Assembly (NCBI RefSeq): GCF_020745735.1
Contig: NC_083409.1
Span: forward strand, 10,281,534 to 10,345,533
Source: Hemiscyllium ocellatum
Taxonomy: Eukaryota
Reading direction: 5' to 3'
Length of the DNA: 64,000 bases
The notes beneath the pieces are model-generated. The model was not told the DNA's origin and searched no databases. It was given only the letters and a program-made list of their open reading frames with translations. This document shows, piece by piece, positions 49,811 to 59,917 of this stretch. Position numbers and translations under genes: made by a program. How positions within the stretch are numbered: position 1 is the first letter of the stretch; each line of letters starts with the position of its first letter.

Positions 49811-50864
49811 ATGGCTCAGTAATTGATCCGATACCACAATCTTAAATGTGAATTTGTGCCTGCAGATTATTGTATTTATTCCTTACGCTTCATGCATTCG
49901 GATATAGAACTCTTATTTAGTCCATTCACTGGAATCTGTTCCTCAGCACTGATGCTGTATTCACCTCTTTCTTATTTCTCTCCATCTGTCTAATCAATAT
50001 CCTTCTGATAGCTTTCCTGATATTGTCCAAATAGGACCTTTTGCCGATTTTTGCTGATGTTGTTGGTCCCGACACAGACAACAACAACTGGATCCTCAAC
50101 CCCCACCGCAACCCCCCCCCCCCCCCCCCAAGTCTGTTATAATTAAAAGATGGCTCGAGGTGCCTTTACCTTAAAAACCAGGCAGGCAACACACCATGTG
50201 GGGCTCTCAATCCTGCTCACAAAGGATGCTATCAGTTCCCTTCATTATCAAGACCCCTCTTTTCTTTGTGCTCCCCCAGTCTGAGTGGCCTCCTGGACCA
50301 TGGTGCAATGGTTTCCTTCGTTCATTCATAGGAAATGGACATCTCTGGCCATCACTTGATGTGGTCACTCTGAGCTACAATGGGCTCCACCAGCTTCCCC
50401 ATCGTACAATTACTACACATCGCCTGGCCCTGTATGTGGAAATTATTTGAGGATTTTTTAATTTATGTTTTAAAATTTGCTGCTGGTCTTTAGTTTTTAA
50501 TCTGTAAAATACTTCTGTCCAGGAGACAGAGAAGGTGCCAGCACAGGAGGAGGCTGTTCAGCCCCTCGTGTCAGTGCTAGCTGTTTACGAGCCTCAATTA
50601 CAATGAGCATCTCCATTGAATGTCTGTTGTCAGGAAGTGATTGAGTCTGTTTTTAGAAACAGAATAACGGACAAATATGAACTGGTCCGAGAGAATCAGC
50701 CTGGATTGACAAAAGTTCAGACATCTTGAACTAACCGGGTTACACTTTGTTAGGAGCTCACTAGTGTGGGATATAAGGGAATGTCGATGGCTATTGTCTA
50801 TAGGGAATTCCAAAAGATATTTAAAAATGTTCCACAAAAGAAACATTGATTCAGATCTTACACT

Positions 50865-51000
50865 CCACAACTATCTGATGAAGGAGCAGCGCTCCAAACA
50901 CTGATGCTTCCAAACAAACCTGTTCCATTAGAACCTGGTGTTCTGTGATTTTTAACATTTACACGACAGATCGACACCGGCATCTCCAAATCATGGAATT
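50865..51000 (+). mobile_element. Short Penelope-derived element with degenerate hammerhead
   Basis: CTGATGAaGGAGCagcGCTCCAAAC (GAAA mutated) plus family tail. Confidence 0.65.
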
Positions 51001-51679
51001 GGATGGAATTTGAGAAATGCATTTACCTTGGGTCAGGAATGGGCCTGTCTAGGAGACAGAGAGGAAGGATAATGTGCGTGTGTTCCAATGAGCCAGATGT
51101 GAGTAGTGGTATTCCCAGGGATCTATGCTGGGACCTCAGCTTTTCACGATATTTCTCAATGACTTGGATGAAGAAACAGAGAGCCATATGTCCAAGATTA
51201 TTGATCACACTGAGTGAGGCAGCTTGGAGGAGGTCACAGAGATAGGGAGGGTGGAACAACAGGGAGCAGATTGAGAACAAGGATGAGAATTTAAAAATCG
51301 AGGTGTTGCTGGACCAAGAGCTGATGTCAGTCAGTGAGGATTGTGGTGGTTATGGTGGGGTGGGGAGGCGTGGGCAGGGGTGTGGGGTGGACTTGGTATG
51401 AGTTTGAACACAGACAGCAGAGTTTGGGATGAGGTGATGTTTACGGAAGTCAGTAGCTGTGATGTGGGCCTGGATAACATTGGAATGGTCACAAAAACAT
51501 GTTTGAGATTTTCAGTGGCTGATAATTGTGATGTGGAGGATTTGGGCCTCAAATCAGCCCCAAAGATGAGGCCAAAGTTGTAAAGAGTCTGGTTGAGCTG
51601 CAGACAGTGCTCAGAGAGAGGGATGGAGTTTGTACCGGGAACTGAAGAGGATGGCTTTGATCTTCCCAATGTGTTTCAC

Positions 51680-51935
51680 AGTGAGCTTGGCTCCTCAGTC
51701 CTGACTGCTCTTAGCTGCTGTGATTGTCACTGATTGGACACTTATTATTAGAGATTCTGACCACAGCAGAAAGCCCCAGTGTAACAAATAACTGCAAAGA
51801 TTGTCAGATCGCAACGTTGAAACTTCACCAAGAGAGGAAGTGAAAGAAGGAGCTCGGAGCAGCTGGATGCTTGTTACTGAGACGGGAGAAAACTGTCAAC
51901 CATCTGCACTCTCTGGAATCTGACAGCACAGGAGG
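51680..51935. promoter_or_regulatory. Candidate B-cell enhancer upstream of cluster 2
   Basis: EICE GAGGAAGTGAAAG 51834-51846, CAGCTG 51860-51865, Runx ACCACA 51760-51765, kappaB-like GGGGCTTTCT (minus, 51768-51777). Confidence 0.5.
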
Positions 51936-52299
51936 AGGCCATTCAGCCCATCAAGCCTTTGAATGACTCAGTTAGTCCCACTGCTTCCCCCCTCTCTCCC
52001 TGTAACCTAGAAAATCTTTCCTTTATAGCTCAATCTCCAATTCCCTCCTATAGACCTCATGTCCACAGAGTGAGAATGCCCTGAACCTGGGCTTCAAATT
52101 GGCATCTCATTCATTCATTGGGAAACAAACTGCCTGGGCTGGGAAATGGAGCTCAGGACCCTGAACATTCCCTCTCCCCTCCTGAGGAACACTTAATTTG
52201 GTTTTGCATATTCACTTGTGGGAAGGGGCTTCACTGGCTGTGCCAACATTTTCTACCCTGTCCCTAGTTGCCCTGGAGTCGGTGATGGGATGCTGCCAT

Positions 52300-54300
52300 C
52301 CTGAATTGTTATCGTCCACAAGCTGTAAGTTGACCCACAATGCCAACATTTTAACCCAGCAAGGCTGAGGGATCAGCGACATATTTCCAAGTCCGGATGC
52401 TAAGCTTTTTTGAGGGGAACTTGCAGCTCACAGTGTTCCCATGTATCTGCTGCTCTTGTTCGAAATGGAAGTGAAGGTGGGTTTGGAGGGAAACTAAAAG
52501 AACTGCAGATGCTGTAAACCTGAGACAAAAATAGAAAGTGCTGGAAAAGCTCAGCAGGTCTGGCAGCATTTGTGAAGAGAAATCAGAGTTAATATTTCAT
52601 GCTAAACCTGTAATGATATTTCTGATTTCACTCCAAGATTCTGCCTGACCTGCTGAGCTTTTCCCACAATTTCTATTTTTGCCCATGTGTTTGGAAGGTG
52701 CTATCTGAAGATTGGTGATGAATTTCTGCAGTGCATCTTATCGATAATACACACTGCTGCTATGGAGCGTCAGTGACATTGAGTTTGGATGCTTTGAGAA
52801 TGCGATGCCAATCAAGGAGTTTGCTTTGCTCTGGATGGTATCAAGCTTTTTGAGTGGATAAGAAAGACATAGGATACAATAGACATAGATAGGAAAGGTT
52901 TCAAGGGATATGTGTGAAATGCAGGCAAATCAGATGAATTCTCTTCAGAAAACCTGGTCAGCATGTCGAAGTTTGGCTTAAGGGTTTGTTTCTGTGACAA
53001 TATCAATCTATGAATGTTGTTGGAGCTGCACCTGCCCAGGCAAGTGGGGAGTATTTGCTCACACTCCTGCCTTGGTTGACAGACTTTGGGGGGATCAGGA
53101 GGTGAGTTACTCGATGCAATATTCTCAGCCTCTAACTTGCTCTTGTAACCACTGTGTTTCTTTGGTGAATCCAATTGTGTTTCTGGTCAATGGCACCTCA
53201 AGAATGTTGATAGTGGGGATTCAGTGATGGTAATAGCATTGATTGTCAAGGGGCGATGTGTAGATCGTCTCTTATTTGTGATGGTGATTGGCTGGCATTT
53301 GCATGGCACCAATGGGAAATGTCACTTCTCAGACAAAACCTGGATATTGTCCAGATATTGTTGCATTTGCACGTGGACTGCTTCAGTATCTGAGGAGTTA
53401 AGAAGAGTGCTGAGCATTGTGCAATCTTTGGCAATCATCCCCATTTACAAGTTTGCCTTGAGTTGCAATATCTGTTTGGAGTCTGTCCTATTTAGCACGG
53501 TGACAGTACCACACAACACAATGGAGGGGATTCTCAATGTGAAGGTCAGACTTTGTTTCCACAAGGACTGTGTGATGGTCACTCTTACCAATACTGTCAA
53601 GGATAGATGCATCTACAGCCACAAGATTGGTGAGGATGGGGTCAAGCATCTTTTTCCATCTTTTCGGTTCCAGCTGCAGAGCCAGTCCCTCAGCTACATC
53701 CATGAGGAACCAACCAGCTCGATCAGTAATGCTGCTGCCGAGCCACTCTCAGTGGTGGACATTGAAACCCCCCACCCAGAGTACACTCTCTGCTGTCATC
53801 ACCCTCAGTGCTTCCTCCAAATGTTGTTCAACATCCAGGAGAGACTGATTCATCAGCTGAGGGAGCAAGATATCTTGTAATCACCAGGAGGTTTCCTCGC
53901 CCATGTTTAACTTAGTTTCATTAGTCTTCATGGGGTCCAGAGCCAATTTTGAGACTTCCCAGGGTAACTCCCTCCTGACTGTAGACAACTGTGTCATCAG
54001 CTCTGCTGGGTCTGCCTTTCTGGTGGGACAGGACACATGCAGGGACAGTGATGGTGGTGTCTGGGGCATTGTCTGTAAGGTATGATTCTGTGAGTATGGC
54101 TGTGTCAGGCTGTTGCTTGACTAGTCTGTAAGACAGCTCTCCTGAATTTGGCACTAGCTCCCAGATGTCAGTAAGGAGGATGGAGCAGGGTAGACAGGGC
54201 TGTTTCTGTCATTGTCTTTTCGGTGTCTAGATCGATGCCTGTGGTCCGTCCTGTCTCATTTCTTTTTTGAAACATTGTCATAATTGATACAACTGAGAGC
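52300..54300 (-). mobile_element. Non-LTR retrotransposon fragments (endonuclease and RT)
   Basis: ELSYRLVKQQPD.AILTESYL; LDPILTN...IGKSDHHTVLV. Confidence 0.75.
52490..52685. mobile_element. Inverted pair of Penelope tails inserted in a LINE fragment
   Basis: gctggaaaagctcagcaggtc...ctgacctgctgagcttttccc; flanks gtttggagg and gtttggaagg. Confidence 0.6.
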
Positions 54301-55179
54301 CTTGCTCGGCCATTTCAGAGGGCACTAGAGAGTCAACCACATTGCTAGAGGACAGTGCCGTGTACCCCGGCAGTACATTCCGGCTTCCCCCACTTCCCCA
54401 TTCTGTATATGGAAGGCGGAAGCCTGCCAGCTGGATATTCACCAACAGGAGCTATCACAGCCCGTGTGCAATTCTGTCCCCACATTAAATCCACACAAAT
54501 CCTGAGTTCACATAACACCTTCAATGTCCAAGCATTCCAAGAATGTTCACAAAGTTGCAGTAAGAGGGATGGGGGAGAGGGTGGAGGAACATAAGAACTT
54601 GGAGCAGGAGCAGGCAATTCAGCCCCTCGAGCCCACTCCACCATTTAATACAATCATGGCTTATCCCATCTCAGACTCAACTCCACTTTCCTGCCCACTC
54701 TCCATCATCCTTTAACCCATTACCCATTAAATATCTGTCCATCTCCTCCTTGGTGTGAGACAGGGAAGGGAACACTCCATTTCAGAAAAGACTGACCATG
54801 GAAGGGGAAGGAGAGGGGAAGGGATTGGAACATGTTGTGAATGGACAGGATGGGTCAGTGAGTCAGAGCCTGTCCTGTCTCCCCTCCAACTCACACTGAT
54901 GATCTGAGGATCTCCTCTCTCTGCTAGGCCTTCATGGAATGAGGTTTGTGTCCAAATCAGTCCCCAGTGAGAATAGGCCAACAGCACAGAACAGCACAGA
55001 ACTGCCCTTCATTTGACCAGAATCTGTCCATCTTCCTGAGAGAGGCCAAACCCTGGTCAACGTGGAAATAGGGCCTTACTCCAGGACAAAACAGGGGTCA
55101 AGGGTTAACATCCATTAGTGGGACAGAGTAGAGGGAGATTTATCCTGCATTCAACTGTCACCACCCAGGACACTGTCAG

Positions 55180-55825
55180 AAAGAGAGAGCAGTGAGACAG
55201 AGAGAGAGATGGAGGGAAAAATAGTGTGAGAGTGAGAGTGAGACTAGCATCTGATATGGTGTAAGATATGTGAGGGGACCAAGAGAGAGGTAAAGGGAGG
55301 TAGAAATGGTGAGGTTGAGGGATAGACAGAGAAACAAGATGTGAGACAGTGTGACTGAGAGGGATGGAGAGAGACAAAGAGACAAGGAGAGAGAGAGTGA
55401 GAGACAGGATGGGTGTGAGACTAAGTATGAAGAGAGTTGAGAGGGAGGGTAAGATTGAGTGTGAGGGAGAGAGATGAGTATGGGTAGATTTATAATGACA
55501 GAGAGAGAGGGAGAGAAACTGTAAATTGGGAGGTAGAGAGGGAAGGAGAGAGAAAGAGGGAGGAATAGAGAGTGACAGGTAACAATTGGAGGCTTTTAAT
55601 TGAAGTGAGAGAGGGAGCGAGTAACAGAGACAGAGAGAGATGGAGAAACAGATGATAAGATGGAGTGAGAAAGCATCAGTGAGTTGGAGAGAGTGGCTAT
55701 GAGACAAAGTGTGTGTGTGTGTGTGAGAGAGAGGGAGAGTACATGAAAGAGATTAACATTGGGAGAGAGAGATAGAGGTAGAGAGAAAGAAATGGCAGAT
55801 GTGAGTCAGAGAGAGAGAGGGACAA
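55180..55825. repeat. Polypurine GA-rich tract
   Basis: Mirror of 24565-25025. Confidence 0.85.
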
Positions 55826-56865
55826 GTCATGGTCACCACACTCTGGGAAGAATGTGATTGTACCTGAGAGGGTACAGGGAGATTTCCCAGGATGCTGCCT
55901 GAATGGGAGCTTTAAGCAGTGAAGGCTTAAAAGGGACCTGATGGAGAGAGATAGGATTATTCAGGACAGTGATAGGGTGGGTAGGATGGCACTTTTTACA
56001 TGAGTAAAGGACTTCATAACCTGGTACAGAGATTTAAGGTAACACAGACATGGACACGTAGAAACTTGGAGCAGCAGTAGGCCATTCGGCCCTTTGAGTC
56101 TGCTCTGTCATTCAGTATGATCATGGCTGTATCAATTTTTGAATATCATCATTTCTTCGAGGGTCGGTGTGGGCTTGTCGGGCCAAATGGCCTGTTTCCA
56201 CACTGTAGGCATTCTATGATCTATGGCTGATCCTCTCTCTCAAAGCCATATTCCTGCCTTCTCCCCATTCTCTTCAAGCTGTTAAAATGCAAAACAATTA
56301 TCTCTCTCTTTTTCTTGAATATATTCAGTTTCTTATCCTCCACAGCCTTCAGTGGTAGAGAATTCCACAGGTTGACCACCCTCTGAGTGAAGAAATGTTT
56401 CCTCATCTCAGTCCTAAATGGTCTACCCTGTATCCCCCTGAGCCTGTGTCCCCTGGTTCCAGACTCCCCAACCAGGTGAAACCTCTTCCCTGCCCAGCCC
56501 TGTTACAATTTTATATGTTTCAATCAGATCCACTCTCATCGTTCTGAACACGAGTGAGTCCATGGCCAGGCGAGTTGGAGAGTTGGAGAGTGAGAGGAGA
56601 GTTGAGAAGAAATGTTCTCACCCAGAGGGTGCTGGGAGTCTGGAACTCACTAGCCTGAAAGGCTGGTTGAGTCACAAACTCTTGTGACATTGGAGCAGTG
56701 TTTAGATATTCCCTTGTGTTGCTGTAGCCCCCAGGGTAATGGGTCAAGAGCTGGAGGATGGGATTAGTGTCATCAGATCTTTGTTTACCAGCACAGACAC
56801 AATGGGCCAAATGGCCTCATTCAGTGCTGTTCACATCAATGACTCTGAGACAAAGAGAGTGAGAT

Positions 56866-56902
<37 letters not shown>

Positions 56903-56914
56903 AGTGGAAGTGTG

Positions 56915-57000
56915 AGGGGCTGACGTGGCTCTCTCTGCCTGATGCCATTTACATACTGAGGAACACCCAGTCAGACTCTCACAGGCTGCAGCTTTATAAA
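56915..57000 (+). promoter_or_regulatory. V promoter of cluster 2
   Basis: TGACGTGG at 56921; ATTTACAT 56947-56954; TATAAA 56995-57000; ATG at 57061. Confidence 0.75.
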
Positions 57001-57060
57001 GCAGAGCCCAGTGAAGGGAGAGTTTATCAGGAACCAGGCACAGGGACAGGAGCACACACC

Positions 57061-57109
57061 ATGATTTCACACATCCAGCTGATCTGGCCCCTGGCATTCT
57101 GTGTCGCAG
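57061..57109 (+). CDS. IGKV: Leader exon of cluster 2
   Basis: MISHIQLIWPLAFCVA G|GTACAA, identical to cluster 1. Confidence 0.92.
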
Positions 57110-57295
57110 GTACAAATCTCTCTCCTTCCACCTTGAATCTTTAGCTGCTCTCCATTTCACTCCAATTCCACTGACTTGTGATTGAAGGGAAAATGCAGAA
57201 ACCAGAGGAATGCTCAGTGTCTCCAACAATCTCTCATTTGACCGGCTCTTTCTGTGACAGTTCTGATTTCACTGTGTTTCTCTCTGACTCCTCAG

Positions 57296-57621
57296 GTATC
57301 AGTGGGGACATCATCATGACCCAGTCTCCCCCGGTGCTGTCAGTGGAACAGGGCCAGACCGCAACCATCACCTGTACGGCCAGTGAATCTGTAAGCAAGT
57401 GGGTTAGCTGGTACCAGCAGCGAGAAGGTCAGAAACCCTCTCTCCTGATCTATGAAGCAACAAAACAATTCACAGGAGTCTCCGAGAGATTCACCGGCAG
57501 TGGATCAGGGACTAGTTTCACCCTGACAATCAGCAACGTTCAGAATGAGGATGTCGCTGACTATTACTGTATGCAGTATAGCAGCTCCCCTCGTTCGGTA
57601 AAGGAACCAAGCTCAGACTGA
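57296..57621 (+). CDS. IGKV: Pre-joined kappa-type VJ exon; V intact, junction out of frame, stop at the last exon base
   Basis: [108 protein letters not shown]. Junction CCT-CG-TTC GGT AAA GGA ACC; no RSS at the junction; donor GTAAGT at 57622. Confidence 0.95.
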
Positions 57622-58476
57622 GTAAGTAAACCTCAATCCTCTGTTATTAACCCTGTCAATACTGAAACACACTTTCTAAAATACAGTTACTGATTTGTTG
57701 AAGGTGTTAGTGGGAAGCTGCAGTGAATGAAATGGTTGATTGAGGAGCACTGTGTCTAACAGGGTGTCCAACTGTATTTCTTTACATTCATGCCCTCTTT
57801 AAAAAATGCAAGATATGAGTCAGTAAGTTTTACTCACCGTGTGGAGGAGCTCTGTCCATTTGCAGCCTGTGGTCCCATTCCTGCAGCATGGAGTGAAATC
57901 AGTGAGTAGCCTCCTGCCAGTCTCAGTGTGACGGACACGGGGCAGAGTTTGATGTGAGCTCTGGCTCCCTGTCCCAGTCTCTGATCTCACTGACCTCAGC
58001 AGCAGCAGCAGCAGCAGCAGCAGCACAGTGAGACATCGAGCTCCCACCTCCCCCAGCTTTAACTCTGCTCAATCACACAATCACAGAATTGTTACAGCGC
58101 ACAAGGAGACCATTCCGTCCATCCTGTCTGGACTAGCTCTCTGAATGAGCAATTGACAGAGTGACATTCTCCTGCCTTCTCCCTGTCACCCTGCACATTG
58201 TTCCTTTTCAAATAACAGTCTCATTCCCTTCGGAATATTCCAATTGTAGCTGCCTCCACCACACTCTCAGGCAGTGCATTCCACACCTTAAACACCCACT
58301 GGCCGATAAAGTTTTCCCTCATCTCAGTTTTCTTACTTTTTCAATTACTTTCAATCTGTGGCCTCTCGGTCTCAATCCTTTCACAAGTGGAATCATTTTC
58401 TCCCTATTGACTCTGTTCCAGGCCCCTCCTGATTTTGAGTTTCTGGAACAATTCTCCTCGCTGCCTTCTCCAAAGA

Positions 58477-58678
58477 CTTGAAGGTGCCGGTGTTGGACTG
58501 GGGTGGACAAAGTTAAAAATCACACAACACCAGGTTATAGTCCAACAGGGGGTTTATTTGGAAGCACTAGCTTTCGGAGCGCCCCTCCTTCATCAAATGG
58601 TTGTCAACGGCGCTCCAAAAGCTAGTGCTTCCACATTAACCTGTTGGACTATAACCTGATGTTGTGTGATCTGTAACT
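58477..58678. mobile_element. Inverted hammerhead-tail element with 11 bp target duplication
   Basis: ttctccaaaga at 58466-58476 and 58679-58689; minus strand CAT-TTGATGA-A-GGAG..CTCC-GAAA-GC-TA-GTG; the paralogous site near 21550 is empty. Confidence 0.8.
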
Positions 58679-59574
58679 TTCTCCAAAGAAGATAGATTGG
58701 AGAATTTGGGACTATCTTTATAACTGATATTCCTCATCCCTGGAATGATCTTTGTGCATATGTTTGCCAGCTCTACAAAACATTCACCTCCTTCCTGCAT
58801 TATTCACATTATTTATGTCCCTCATGATTTTATAAACCTCTGTAAGGTCACTCCTCAGCCTCCGGCCCTTCAGGGTAAAAGATCTCAGCTTTTCCAGCTT
58901 CTAATGGTCACGGAGTCAGACAGCGTGGAAACAGATCTTTCAGTCTAACTTCTCCATACTAACTAGATATCCAAAACTGACCTCATCCCATTTGCCAGCA
59001 TTTAGCCCACATCCCTCTAAACCCTTCCTATTCATGTACCCATCCAAACATCTTTTAAATGCTGTAATTGTATCCATCTCCAGCACTTTCTCTGACAGCT
59101 CGATCCGTACACACACCACCCTCTGTGTGACAAGTTACCCCTCAGGTCCCTTTCGGATCTTTTTCCTCTCATCTTAAACCTACACCCTCTAGTGTTGGAT
59201 TCCCTTTCCCAAGGCAAAGACCTGGGATGTACACCCTGTCCATGCCCGTCATGATTTTATAAACATCTATAAGGCCACCCCTCAGTCTCCGATCCTGCAG
59301 GAAGAATAACCCGTCTATTGAGCCTCTTTCGACAGCTCAAACCCTCCAGTTCCAGGCAACATCCATGTAAATCTTTTCTGCAGAATTTTAAGTTTAACAG
59401 CATCATTCCTATCACAGGATGATCAGAATTGTTCACATTATTCCCAAATTTCCTGTACAGCTGCAAATGGTGTCCCAACGCTGATACTTAGTGCAGTGAC
59501 CAATAAAGCAAATGTACCCAACACCTTCTTCATCTCCGTCTCCCTATGACTTCACTGTCAAGGAATAATGCCCC

Positions 59575-59608
59575 TGCCCCTGCCCCTGCCCCTGCACCTG
59601 CACCCTGA
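59575..59608. repeat. (CCCCTG)n hexamer repeat
   Basis: gcccctgcccctgcccctgcccctgcacctgcaccctg. Confidence 0.8.
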
Positions 59609-59705
59609 GGTCACTTTGTTGAGCAACACTCCACAGGGCCCCACCATTAACAGTACAAGTCCAGTCCTGGTTTGACTTTCCAAAATTGAACTCCATTTGC
59701 CACAC

Positions 59706-59917
59706 GTTTAGATCAGAGTGGTGCTGGAAAAGCACAGCAGGTCAGGCAACATCCGAGGAGCTGGAAAATCGACGTTTCGGGCAAAAGCCATTCATCAGGA
59801 TTCCTCTAGCCGAAAAGTCGATTTTTCTGCTCCTCAGATGCTGCCTGACATGCTGTGCTTTTCCAGCACCACTCTGCTCTAAACTCTGGTTTCTAGCATC
59901 TGCAGTCCACACTTTCG
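59706..59917. mobile_element. Inverted hammerhead-tail element with 14 bp target duplication
   Basis: tccatttgccacac at 59692-59705 and 59918-59931; minus 59803-59766 GAATC-CTGATGA-A-TGGCttttGCCC-GAAA-CG-TC-GATTT; the paralogous site near 20510 is empty. Confidence 0.82.

Noticed and set aside
54345-54385. ctagaggacagtgccgtgtac translates as LEDSAVY, like a V framework 3 end
   Set aside because: No YYC, no upstream V sequence (a SINE abuts it) and no RSS; cannot be told from chance without a search.
55105-55707. Ser/Leu-rich ORFs of 200 aa here and 150 aa at 24553-25005
   Set aside because: Artefacts of CT-rich low-complexity DNA.
57178-57295. N-terminal extension MIEGK... of the V ORFs in the track (also 23225-23342)
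   Set aside because: Leader intron read from a non-ATG start; the true leader exon is upstream with canonical splice sites.
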